DNA of 64,000 nt from an uncultured delta proteobacterium (lineage in GTDB: Bacteria; Desulfobacterota; Binatia; UBA9968), in assembly GCA_963840855.1 (NCBI GenBank), contig CAWJBB010000030.1, positions 192,001-256,000 of the forward strand, in the 5' to 3' direction. The position numbers and the translations under genes were made by a program. The notes beneath the pieces are model-generated. The model was not told where the DNA came from. It made no database searches and worked only from the letters and a program-made list of their open reading frames with translations. Positions 1-10,250 of this stretch are shown here, in pieces (position 1 is the stretch's first letter; each line of letters starts with the position of its first letter).

Positions 1-8
1 GCGGCCTG

Positions 9-1539
9 ATGACCTTCGCGACAACTTCCCCGATGGCCTGGGCCGCCAGCCATCGAGAGGCGCCGCTGATCGCGCTGGACCCGGCGGCGGATAACACCGA
101 CACTTATATGTTCCGGAGCTGGCAAGATCCGAGCAAAATCGTGTTCATCATGAACGTGATCCCCGGTCAGGACCCTGCCGATGGTCCGAACTATTTTAAT
201 TTCGATGATGACGTGGTCTATCGGTTCAATATCGATAACAACCGGGACGGTAGCGCTGAAGACATTATTTACGAGTTCCGCTTCAGAACGGAAAACCGGC
301 CGATATTCGGGCAGCTCGAATTTCCGCTGGCCTATGTTGGTAATCCCAATATTCCGGTCCCGGAGTTGCAGGGGATCACCAAACTCGACGGGGCGGGTTC
401 CGAAGGCCTTACTCGCCGGCAGACATACACTGTGACCGAATTACGCGGCGAGTATCGCAGGGAGCTTTTTAAGGGACAGCGGCTGGTCGCGGTTCCGTCC
501 AACGTTGGTCCGGCAACGTTCAAAAATTACGAAGACCTTGCGTCGCAGGGGATATACGTCGATGGCGAGTCGCAGATCAAAGTATTCGCAGGCCAACGCG
601 CGGAAACATTTTATATCGATCTCGGCGCGGTCTTCGACACGGTTAATCTGCGCCGATTTCCACCGCTTCTAACGCCAGCTGAGGACGCCGACGATACCAA
701 GGATCCGTTCGGCATCAACCGGTTTAGCGGCACCAATGTGAACAGCATCGCGATCGAAATACCGATCGCGCGGATTACGCAGGACCGCAAGCCCCTAGAG
801 ATGACGAAGAATCCGTGGATCGGCATGTATGCCTCCACGAGCCGGCAAAAGATCAGAGTACTAGGGAAAAATGGCAGGGTGAGGACAGACGGACCAGCGG
901 TACAGGTTTCTCGCTTGGCGAATCCGTTGGTGAACGAGCTGATTATCAATACCTCGTCTAAAGATTTCTGGAATGCCGAGGAGCCGGAGGACGAAGCTCA
1001 GTTCCAGGAATTCTACAAAAATCCTTCGGTAGCGCAGGCGCTGGAACTAATCTTCGGCGTGCCCGTGCCGGCAACGCCGCGGACGGATTTGATGAGCGTT
1101 TTTCTCAAGTATCCAGGACAGCCTCTTAACGGCAATAATTGCGGCAAACCCTGCGCCGAGCTCTTGCGGCTCAATCTTGGCGCGGCGCCGACCCAGCCTG
1201 AGAATCAGAAACGGCTAGGCGGGCTTGCCGGCGATGCCGGCCGGGTTCCCCAATGGCCGACGACCCAATGACGATGTTACTGATATCGCGATTCGCGTAG
1301 TCGGCGGCGCCAACTATATCGCCGGCTTGGCCGGAGACGGCGTGAACTTCCTGGGCGGCGCGCCGGGCGCGGGCGTCAATGACGGGCCGGGCTACGGAAC
1401 GATTCCGGGAAATCGGCTCGACGTGACCCTGAACGGGATCGCCAAGGAGTTTCCTTATCTGCCGACGCCCTTTGACGGACGCAGCCGGCGCCACATCGAC
1501 TGCGTACAGAACACCGGGGCGCCTTGCATCGAGCAGTAG
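9..1539 (+). CDS. DUF4331 domain-containing secreted protein (frameshift near 1240; 5' end may extend beyond window)
   Basis: ASHREAP..DP.ADNTD.Y.F N-terminal motif in ORF 9..1271; the family's C-terminal GFPNGRRPNDDVTD and FPYLPTP motifs are in the overlapping frame 1225..1539. Confidence 0.85.
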
Positions 1540-1550
1540 ATCGAGGAAAG

Positions 1551-1578
1551 GCCGGAGGGAGATCGCCCTCCCTCCGGC
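1551..1578. terminator. GC-rich hairpin between DUF4331 and TPR genes
   Basis: GCCGGAGGGAG...CTCCCTCCGGC perfect 11-bp stem; only a weak T tract follows, so possibly an mRNA-stabilising hairpin. Confidence 0.45.
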
Positions 1579-1602
1579 GCGTCTTTGTCAAGGAGAAGGA
1601 TA

Positions 1603-2939
1603 ATGAAAACCCGCCGTACCCTAACTGTGATGCTGTTTGCTCTGCTGGCTTTTGGCTTTGACCTCGCCCATGCCCAACGGACGAAAACCGATCATCAGAT
1701 CGCCTACTACCAGACATTGCTTCAACGCAATCCACGAAGCGCCAAAGCGTACTTTGGATTAAGCGACGCGCTGATTCGGAAGGCGCGTGAAACCGGTGAT
1801 CCGTCCTATTTCAACCGCGCCGAGGAAGCATTGAAAAAGTCTCTGGAGATCGCGCCGCAAAATGCGGGGGCGCTGCGCCATCTGGCTTATGTTTTTTATT
1901 CGCGCCATGAGTTTGCACCCGCGGCGGTGCATGCACGCAAAGCCGTCGAGATAAATCCGGAGGACGGCGACTCCTACGGCGTCCTTGGCGACGCGCTGCT
2001 TGAAGTGGGCCAATACGCCGAAGCGCAGGCTGCATACAACACTATGATCGAGCTGGATGAGAGTCTGTATTCCTACAGCCGGTTGGCTGGACTCAAAAGC
2101 ATGCGCGGCGAAAACGCGGGCGCGATTGACGATCTGGAGCGAGCTATCGCAATTGGAAAAGCCGCGAAGCAACCGGCGGAAAGCATCGCTTGGGCGGAAT
2201 GGCAGCTTGGTACGGACTACTTTGCTCTCGGAAAGATTGAAGAAGCCGAGGGTTATATCAGCAGTCGCTCACGACTTATCCGAATTATTACCGTGCCTTT
2301 GCCGGCATGGCCCAGTTGCGGGCGGCGCAGAAAAAGTATGGAGAGGCGGTCGAACTTTACCAGAAAGCGATCGCAATTCTGCCAATGCCGGAATATGCCG
2401 CGGCATTAGGCGATGTCTATATGAAAATCGGCGAACCAAAGAAAGCGAAGCAGCAGTACGATCTCGTCGAGTATATTGGCAGGCTTAACGCGCTCAATCA
2501 GGCTCTGTACAACCGCGAACTGGCTTACTTCTATGCCGATCATGACATCAAGCTGACGGAGGCTTTGGATCTGGCCAAGCGCGAGCTGGATTACCGCAAA
2601 GACATCTATGCCTACGACCTCCTCGCTTGGAATCTCTACAAAAACGGCAAGCTCGCCGAGGCGCGCGATGCTATCGAGGAAGCGCTCAAGCTCGGCACCA
2701 AAGACGCGAAGCTGTTCTATCATGCGGGCATGATCCATTACCGCCTCGGCGACCAGGACAAGGCGAAGGAGTTTCTCAACCGCGCGCTGTCGACCAATCC
2801 TCATTTCCATATTCTCTTCGCTGATACCGCCGCGCAAACATTGACACAGCTCGAACGCGATGTTGAGCAGGCGAAGCCGCGCATGATCGTGAGGAGGGTT
2901 AAACGATGCAAGGCTGTTCTCTTCATCCGGCGCGCTTGA
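1603..2939 (+). CDS. Tetratricopeptide repeat protein with signal peptide (frameshift near 2258)
   Basis: AGGAGAAGG RBS then ATG 1603; TPR-like helical repeats run through ORFs 1585..2409 and 2307..2939. Confidence 0.85.
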
Positions 2940-2948
2940 CACTTGTCG

Positions 2949-3013
2949 AAAATCTCCCCTGACCCCTCCCTTCGACCTCGCTCAGGGCATGCTTTTTCAA
3001 AGAGGGGGATTTT
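2949..3013. repeat. Nested palindromic element
   Basis: Outer AAAATCTCCCCT...AGGGGGATTTT inverted ends enclosing a CCCTTCGAC...GCTCAGG unit; a related outer unit occurs at about 32819-32850. Confidence 0.55.
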
Positions 3014-4761
3014 TTTCGCCAGCGAGAAGCAACTCGACGACACTCAGAGTAATCGTCGCGGCTCTTTCGTTTCTCTGCCCGCTGCTTTTTGCCGGACTTT
3101 GCGCGGCCCATCCGTTGGGTAATTTCAGCATCAGCCAGTATTCCGCGCTGCGCGTTGGACAAGATTCGATTACGTTGCGTTACATCGTCGACATGGCGGA
3201 GATCCCGACGTTCCAGGAAATTCAGGAGACCGGGATAATTCCAAATGGAGACGACCCCAACACCCAAGCCTATCTTGCGAAGAAAATCCTCGCGCTGCGC
3301 GATGGGTTGTCACTCGAAATAGGCGGCCGGCGTCTACCGCTCCACGCGGACTCGAAAGAAATTATTTTTCCCGCCGGTGCCGGCGGAATGCCGACATTGA
3401 AGATTGGCGTATCTTACACGGCCCGACTTCCAGCCAGTGCCAACGGTTTGAAATTTTCGTTCAATTATCGCGACGGGAATTTTGTCGGGAGGGCAGGCTG
3501 GAAAGAAATTATCGTAGCGCCCGCGGCGGGCGTCCAGATCGAAAACAGTTCGGTTCCTGCATCGGACCGTAGCGCTGGGTTAAGCAATTATCCCACCGAC
3601 CTTTTGAACACTCCGCCGCAGGATCTAGAGGCTCGAGTTGTCTTTTCAGTTCCAGTTATCACGGCAACGTTGGTGGGCGAGGAAAAATCATCATCTTTGG
3701 CCGACGAGGTCAATACCCCGGTTTCGTCTGTCCCATCGCGGGCACGACGTACGACCAGCGATCAGCCATTGGACCAACGCGTGTATGTCAAGAATGTAGG
3801 GGAGGGTCGCGACCGCCCCCTACCAAAAGAGGCGACGTCACCTGAAAGGTCGCCCGCGCTAAATCTTGAATCATCTATCGATAACAAGGTTGTCCAATTG
3901 CAAGTTAATAAACAATCAACGCCGCGCGATTCATTCACCGAATTGATCGCCAGGAAACAGTTAGGATGGAGCGTCGTTCTTATCGCGCTTGCGGTTGCCG
4001 TGGGCCTCGGCGCGTTCCATGCGTTGGAGCCCGGTCACGGCAAGACTCTGGTCGCCGCTTATCTCGTTGGCTCGCGGGGCACCATGAAGCATGCGCTGCT
4101 GCTCGGACTGATCGTCACCGCGGCGCATACATCCGGGGTGTATCTTTTGGGGGGGATCACGCTTTACGCATCGCAGTACATCGTACCGGAGCGGCTTTAT
4201 CCCTGGCTGGGCGTAGTGTCCGGCGTCATGATTACGATTCTCGGAACGGTTCTCCTTTTTCAGCGTTCCCGAAGCAAAGGCGTAGGCCACTCACACCACC
4301 ACGGTCACGAGCAACACGGCCATCCTCATGATCACGAGCACGGGCATCCGCACCATCACAGTCACGCGCATGGACACGATCATGGCCACCGCCACGCGCA
4401 TGATGGTCACCACCATCATGATGGAACGGCGTCGCTGCGCGAGCTTTTGACACTAGGCATCAGCGGCGGCATCGTGCCTTGTCCCGCTGCGCTGGTTGTT
4501 CTCTTGAGCGCCGTGTCGATGAACCGTGTCGGCTTCGGGCTTTTCTTGATCGTTGCCTTCAGCGCCGGCCTAGCCGCAGTTTTGGTCGGAATCGGCGTGT
4601 TGATGGTTTACGCGCGACAGTCTATGTCGCGGTTCCAGAGCGAAGGAAAATGGATAACTCACTGGCTGCCCATAACCTCATCGGCCTTCATCGTCATGTT
4701 CGGCCTCGCTCTTACCTGGCAGGCACTCCAAACGACGGGTATGAGCCCGTGGCGGCTTTAG
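2989..4761 (+). CDS. Ni/Co transporter (NicO/RcnA family) with N-terminal extracytoplasmic domain and His-rich loop; start uncertain
   Basis: HPLGNFS after a hydrophobic signal, HALEPGHGKT motif, long His tract, GIVPCPAA motif, multiple TM segments. Confidence 0.88.
   Translation: MLFQRGGFFSPARSNSTTLRVIVAALSFLCPLLFAGLCAAHPLGNFSISQYSALRVGQDSITLRYIVDMAEIPTFQEIQETGIIPNGDDPNTQAYLAKKILALRDGLSLEIGGRRLPLHADSKEIIFPAGAGGMPTLKIGVSYTARLPASANGLKFSFNYRDGNFVGRAGWKEIIVAPAAGVQIENSSVPASDRSAGLSNYPTDLLNTPPQDLEARVVFSVPVITATLVGEEKSSSLADEVNTPVSSVPSRARRTTSDQPLDQRVYVKNVGEGRDRPLPKEATSPERSPALNLESSIDNKVVQLQVNKQSTPRDSFTELIARKQLGWSVVLIALAVAVGLGAFHALEPGHGKTLVAAYLVGSRGTMKHALLLGLIVTAAHTSGVYLLGGITLYASQYIVPERLYPWLGVVSGVMITILGTVLLFQRSRSKGVGHSHHHGHEQHGHPHDHEHGHPHHHSHAHGHDHGHRHAHDGHHHHDGTASLRELLTLGISGGIVPCPAALVVLLSAVSMNRVGFGLFLIVAFSAGLAAVLVGIGVLMVYARQSMSRFQSEGKWITHWLPITSSAFIVMFGLALTWQALQTTGMSPWRL
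3796..3823. repeat. GTAG-type REP-like palindrome inside the transporter linker
   Basis: GTAGGGGAGGGTC-GC-GACCGCCCCCTAC (13-bp stem, 2 mismatches). Confidence 0.6.
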
Positions 4762-4895
4762 CGTTGATATTGCTCTACTTCGCAGAAGATGATCGGAACA
4801 GCGAAAAAATCGATCTGATCCGCGAAAGCTACAAGCAGGCCTTCCATCAGGAGTCGGTGCTGCGCGTCGATAGCCGAAGTTGCGTCTCGTTTTGA
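4759..4895 (+). pseudogene. DUF3574-family C-terminal remnant
   Basis: ..IRESYKQAFHQESVLRVDSRSCVSF* resembles the family's C-terminal QESVLRVD...CVSF; no N-terminal part or start present. Confidence 0.6.
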
Positions 4896-5029
4896 ACCGC
4901 CGGGTCAAAATACCAGCAAGACAAACATTCCAAAAGTTGCTAATAGACCGTAAAGACTGGATAAAAAGTATGAAAAGTTGCCGCGTCTGAGTGCGCGGGT
5001 TTGCGAGACGTTGCGATGTCTAGGCAAGC

Positions 5030-6281
5030 ATGAAGGATTTGGCGGCCCATCCGTTTATTGAAGCTCTATTGAAACGGCGCTCCCGCCGCTTTGGCTTGGG
5101 CATGAAGATGGAGTCCGGGCCCCTGGCTTTCCAGAGCCGGCATGCGCCAATTCCGTTGACCGAAGAGGAAGAAGCACTGCTGGTGTTCGCCGCCAGTGGT
5201 GTCACGGGGTATGCTCTGCTCGATCTGCCTTTCGTTGAAAGCGAAGGCGGCGCCATTGTCGCCCGTTCCGTGGGCAGAACCATAGCGAGTGGCGACGCGA
5301 TCCAAGCCGTTTCTCTGGTGGTGACGAACGACGAAGCCACCTACTTGATCAAGCGCCCGCAGGACTTTGACCCCGGCGAGATTCCTGAATTGATCGAGCT
5401 CGCCCTGGCGCATGTTCAACGAGAACGTGTCGATCAACCATGCGGACGTTTCTCCCCATCATGAATCGCAGGTAAATCAACGGTGACAAGTATTTAATGG
5501 GCTCGGCCGTTGTGTGTTGACTGAATGCGCATGCCCGGTTTCCAGCCGGCATATTCGGCCGCTTCGCACGCAAGCAGATTGGGCGGTGCAGCGCACGGGT
5601 CATTGGACGAGCTCCTGCCGGCGGGCGGGTTCTCACGGTGCAACGGCTCGAACTCATGGTGTCGGAGCTGGTCACTGTGGAGCAAGGAATGATGCTGCAG
5701 AACTTGGCGCTGATGTGCCAAACGCTGGGGCTCGGCGGTTTTCCCAATTTCGCCGAACATGAGTTCAGTTGGTTTCAGGCTCTCGGATTTCGCATGGAAG
5801 AAATGCCGGCCGGTAAATATCTCGGCGCGAATCTATTGGCGAGATTCCTGATGAATGTCTTCGGCGCCAACCATGCTATCCCATACTCGCTGGGTCTGGA
5901 ACGCGACGGAAAAATCTTGCTGGCACCCTATAGTCCGCCGTACTACGCCACAATGGAAAATGCCGTGCACGCGGTTGTGGAAGCTAAATTTGGCCCACAG
6001 GGCTTGTTTCGCGGCGGCGCGGCACGGAGCGCTTGGCGCGAACCGGCGGCGATTGCCAATGGAGTCAAGCAGATCAGCCACGAAGCCGTTGCGGCGACGC
6101 ATATTGCGAATACATTTACCAGCGTTATGGACGCTTTCCTGCCTACATTCCGCCCTTCCGTACGGTGCTGGGTTTTCAAGCTTGCCATCTCGACCCGGAG
6201 TTTTACGACCGCTACTACAGGCCCCAAGCGCTATCAGAAACCGAGCGCGATCATATGGCGAATTGGCACGGCGAAAAGTAG
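5030..6281 (+). pseudogene. Fragmented nitroreductase-like hypothetical gene
   Basis: RRSRRF N-terminal motif and EQGMMLQNLALMCQTLGLGGF segment spread over frames 5030..5464, 5638..6294 and 6033..6281. Confidence 0.55.
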
Positions 6282-6316
6282 GCATGAGGCGTGAGGCACG
6301 AGGCGTAAGGCGATAG
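6281..6316. repeat. 7-nt period tandem repeat (GGCRYRA)x5
   Basis: GGCATGA GGCGTGA GGCACGA GGCGTAA GGCGATA between convergent genes. Confidence 0.6.
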
Positions 6317-6347
6317 TCGTGAGTACGAGTCCCGCGCAATTGCGGAT

Positions 6348-7724
6348 TCAGGCGCGGAATAGCGGGCGCAAGGCGCGCAGATCGCGAACTTTCTCCAGCT
6401 TCCAGACCGCGTCGCACAGCTTTCGCGCCCGAGTCTTGCCGATCACCGTAGTCATCAGATCGTAGCTCTTTTCATCCACTTCGGCTCGCGTCATCGGTTT
6501 CTCGGCGGTGCCGGAGACGGCCCTGGCATGGTGCCTGAGCTCGCGGCCGTCGCGCAGGCTGACCTCGACAATTCCCTGGCGGCTCGGCATGGCCGCCGAC
6601 AGCGCGTCGTCGCCGCGTAGCTCGATACGGCCGCGCAGCGCCAAGACTTTGCGGTCGCGCATGCGGCTTTCGTCGTGGGACGATTCGAAGGTGACCTTGC
6701 CGTCGATCAACATGACGGCGCAAATGTGCTGCATGCAGATGTCGGGCATATCGCGGTTGTCGACGGTGTTCGCGGCCTGGTGCGCCACCCGCACCACGAC
6801 TTTGTCAACGTCTACCGCTTTGATTTGGTGCGCCAGGATGAGATCGCGCAGCGCATCGAGGGGCGCTTGAATCGGTGAGCCCACCGACCAGCGCTTGATG
6901 TTGGTATTCATGATTTCGTAGACGTCGCCGAGGCCGCGGGTCAGCATGGTGGGATCCGGCTGGCGGCCGTAGGCCACAAAGAAGTTACGCTCGCCGGCGA
7001 ACACATCATCGACACCGGTGAAGCCATGGCCGACCATGGTGGCCGCAGTAACACCGTTGCGAGCCGGCATGCCGCCGAAGTCGAAGGCCTTTTCAATATG
7101 CTCCCCATCGCGCATCCAGCACGAGATACCCGATGCTTGCTGCGCGGTGAACGAAAGCATATGGCGGACCTGGCGCTCGCGCAGGCCGGCCAGCGCCCCG
7201 GCGGCCGCGGCGGCTCCGAACATCGGCCCGAAGCTGTGCGTCGAATGGCCGTCCGCTCGGAACTGGTAAGCGTCGAGGGCTTGTGTCAACCGGCAGCCGA
7301 CGTCGTAACCAAGGGCCACCGCGCGAAGCAGGGCAATGCCGCTCTGCCGTTGCCGCTCGGCCATGGCGAGGGCCGCGGGCACGATGCCACAGCCCGGATG
7401 AGTCAGCGACGGCGCATGTGAATCGTCGGTCTCGTCGGCATGAGCGAGCATGCCGTTGGCCAAGGCGGCGTTCACGGCGGTGGTAATGACATTGCTGCCG
7501 ATGACGCAGGCTTCTTTGACGCCGCCGAGCGTTTTGACATAGGTGAGCGCTTTGATTCCGGGCGCGAGGCGCGACCCGGAAATCATTGCGGCGAAGGTGT
7601 CGAGGATGTGGTGCTTGGTCTTTTCGATCACCGCGGTAGGAAGCGGCCTGCGCAGTGCCGAAGCGATGTAAGCGCTTAGCTTGCGCATGACCGGCGAGAT
7701 TTGCGTTGCGGGGCGGCGGCTCAT
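6348..7724 (-). CDS. MmgE/PrpD family protein
   Basis: AALANGMLAHADETDDSH...HPG motif; 458 aa. Confidence 0.92.
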   Translation of the reverse strand: MSRRPATQISPVMRKLSAYIASALRRPLPTAVIEKTKHHILDTFAAMISGSRLAPGIKALTYVKTLGGVKEACVIGSNVITTAVNAALANGMLAHADETDDSHAPSLTHPGCGIVPAALAMAERQRQSGIALLRAVALGYDVGCRLTQALDAYQFRADGHSTHSFGPMFGAAAAAGALAGLRERQVRHMLSFTAQQASGISCWMRDGEHIEKAFDFGGMPARNGVTAATMVGHGFTGVDDVFAGERNFFVAYGRQPDPTMLTRGLGDVYEIMNTNIKRWSVGSPIQAPLDALRDLILAHQIKAVDVDKVVVRVAHQAANTVDNRDMPDICMQHICAVMLIDGKVTFESSHDESRMRDRKVLALRGRIELRGDDALSAAMPSRQGIVEVSLRDGRELRHHARAVSGTAEKPMTRAEVDEKSYDLMTTVIGKTRARKLCDAVWKLEKVRDLRALRPLFRA

Positions 7725-7858
7725 AGAAAAACCCGCCGTGGAACAAAATTTTCTGTGCGCTCATTGCGGTCAAGAGCGCCGATATCGAGTTCATGTTTTT
7801 TCCAGGGCGGTTCAACTATTCCGATACTTTATAAACTGCGTAAACACAATCCCTAACT

Positions 7859-7908
7859 TTGAACCTTGAACGTTGAACTCGGAACCGCACACGGAGTGTG
7901 CGTTCAAG
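7859..7908. repeat. TTGAAC-periodic intergenic repeat with hairpin
   Basis: TTGAACC TTGAACG TTGAACT CGGAACC, then CGCACAC-GGA-GTGTGCG hairpin and TTCAAG. Confidence 0.65.
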
Positions 7909-8171
7909 TGTATAAAAGATCGTCGTCTCTGATATAATAGGTTCAAATATCAACCTTCCGAAGCGCGAGAGTTGATTCGTCTGGAAAAACAATCGGCACT
8001 TCTACGACTAATTTGCGATCATAGACATAAGCATTCGATGGCAATTGCCCCGCCCTTGTATTCGTGCACCGTCGCATTAGCACAGTCTGACCTGCGAGTT
8101 TTGCATCCGAAGGATTGCCCACGCCTCGAATCGAGACTTCGGAATCTAAAATAGGGAGATACAAAAAATAA

Positions 8172-10250
8172 ATGGCCAAGACTATGTCAAAGTCCAACCT
8201 CGCGACGGTTGAACCCCAATCCGTCGAGCCGAAGGCGGCCATGTCGGCGGCTGAGATGGGAGCGCGCCAGCGCGATATCTCGGTTTCCGAGTTCTTTACC
8301 AAGAACCGCCACCTATTAGGTTTTGACAATCCGAGAAAAGCGCTGCTCACCTGCGTGAAAGAGGCCGTCGATAATGCCCTCGACGCCTGTGAGGAAGCAG
8401 GGATTCTGCCTGAAGTTGTGGTCAAGCTAGAGGTCGCTTCTAACGGCGCTGCCGCGCCTGCTCCGAGCCAGGCGAACCGCTTCCGGATCACGGTGATCGA
8501 CTACGGCCCCGGCATCGTGCGCCAACAGATTCCACCGATATTCGCCAAGCTTCTCTACGGGTCCAAGTTCCACCGGCTGCGCATGAGCCGCGGGCAGCAG
8601 GGAATCGGCATTTCTGCCGCCGGCATGTATGCGCAATTGACGACAGGGAAGCCGGTGCAGATTATCTCGCGCACGAGCGCGAAATCGGCCGCTCACTATT
8701 TCGAAGTCCAGATCGATACTAAAAAAAACGAGCCGCGGATTTTTGAGAACAAGAAGATCGATTGGGAGAGCCATCGCGGTACCCAGGTGACTCTTGAAAT
8801 AGAGGGACGCTATCAAAGGGGCCGCGGTTCCGTGGACGAGTATCTCGAACAGGTTGCCATCGCCAATCCGCATGTCAAGCTCGTCTACCAGACCCCGGAG
8901 GGAGAGACCAAAGAATATCCCCGAACCATACAAGAGCTGCCGCCGCAGCCGCGTGAAATCAAGCCGCATCCCTACGGCATCGAGTTCGGCATGATGCTAA
9001 GGATGCTGCACGACACCAAGAGCCACTCGCTCTCCGGGTTCCTGTCGAGCGATTTCAGCCGGGTGTCTGCCAATCTCGCTCACGAAATCTGCAAGGCGGC
9101 GAAGATTTCGCCGGACTCGCGGCCGCGAAATATTCACGGCGCCGCCGCCGAGACGCTCTACAAGGTGATCCAGTCCACCAAGATCATGGCGCCGCCGAGC
9201 AATTGCATCTCACCCATCGGTGAGAAGGCGATTCTCCATGGCCTGTATAAGCAAATCAAGGGTGATTTCTACACTGCGGTAACTCGGCCACCGGCGGTCT
9301 ATCGCGGCAACCCATTCATCATCGAGGCCGGTTTGGCCTTCGGCAAGGGACCGGAACAGTCGGCAGGTAAAGCGGATAAGCCCAAGGTGCCACTTGCCGA
9401 AGGCGAGAATCATGACGACGACAACGAGTTAGCCAGTGTCATTCGTTATGCCAATCGCGTACCGCTGCTCTATCAGCAATCCGCCTGCGCGACCTTCAAG
9501 GCGGTGCTCGACACCACCTGGCGTAACTACGGTGTTCCCCAATCCAGAGGCGCTCTGCCGGCCGGTCCCATGGTAATTTTCGTCCATATGGCCTCGGTCT
9601 GGGTGCCTTTCACCAGTGAGTCCAAGGAAGCGATCGCCGACTACGACGAGATCAGAAAAGAAATCAAACTCGCCCTGCAAGAGTGCGGGCGGCGGCTCGG
9701 CGTCTTTCTGCGACGACGCGAGCGGGCCAAGAGCGAGTTTCGCAGGCGCAATATTTTCGAACTCTATATCGAAGAAGTCGTCGAAGCGTGCAACCGCCTC
9801 AAAGGTGGAAAGCTGCCCAGGGAAAAACTCAAAGAGCAGCTGCAAAAGATCGCCATGAAACGGACCGGCGGCGAAAAAACCGACGAGCTACTGGGACACG
9901 ACGGCGGTGGCCCGGAAGGCCTTCCCCATTCCATCATCGTCACCGCCGAGGGCACCGAAGGAGACGCCCCGGAACTGCCCGGCGATGAGGGGAACGATGG
10001 CGCGCCTTCGGAGGAACTGCCGCTCGACCTCGACACATCCGCGGCGCCGGCGCGGCCCAAAGGAAAGGCTGTGTCAAACAAGACTACGAAGCCTACCAGG
10101 GCTAAAATGACTGGCAAGAAGAATCCGGCGAAAGTTCAACCGCCGCAGAGCGCTAAGCAAATGACCTTGGGTTTTGATACGGCTGGAACAGACGCAAAAC
10201 GTAGCCAAAGGATTGGGAAAAAACATGGCGCGAAAAAAGTCAAAAAATAA
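8172..10250 (+). CDS. top6B: DNA topoisomerase VI subunit B with long low-complexity C-terminal tail
   Basis: ISVSEFFTKNRHLLGFD, GHKL motifs EAVDNALDA, DYGPGI and SRGQQGIGISAA, RYANRVPLLYQQSAC, VPFTSESKEAIA. Confidence 0.96.
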   Translation: MAKTMSKSNLATVEPQSVEPKAAMSAAEMGARQRDISVSEFFTKNRHLLGFDNPRKALLTCVKEAVDNALDACEEAGILPEVVVKLEVASNGAAAPAPSQANRFRITVIDYGPGIVRQQIPPIFAKLLYGSKFHRLRMSRGQQGIGISAAGMYAQLTTGKPVQIISRTSAKSAAHYFEVQIDTKKNEPRIFENKKIDWESHRGTQVTLEIEGRYQRGRGSVDEYLEQVAIANPHVKLVYQTPEGETKEYPRTIQELPPQPREIKPHPYGIEFGMMLRMLHDTKSHSLSGFLSSDFSRVSANLAHEICKAAKISPDSRPRNIHGAAAETLYKVIQSTKIMAPPSNCISPIGEKAILHGLYKQIKGDFYTAVTRPPAVYRGNPFIIEAGLAFGKGPEQSAGKADKPKVPLAEGENHDDDNELASVIRYANRVPLLYQQSACATFKAVLDTTWRNYGVPQSRGALPAGPMVIFVHMASVWVPFTSESKEAIADYDEIRKEIKLALQECGRRLGVFLRRRERAKSEFRRRNIFELYIEEVVEACNRLKGGKLPREKLKEQLQKIAMKRTGGEKTDELLGHDGGGPEGLPHSIIVTAEGTEGDAPELPGDEGNDGAPSEELPLDLDTSAAPARPKGKAVSNKTTKPTRAKMTGKKNPAKVQPPQSAKQMTLGFDTAGTDAKRSQRIGKKHGAKKVKK

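Noticed and set aside
4288-4420. His-rich tract as a separate repeat element
   Set aside because: Normal cytoplasmic loop of RcnA/NicO transporters
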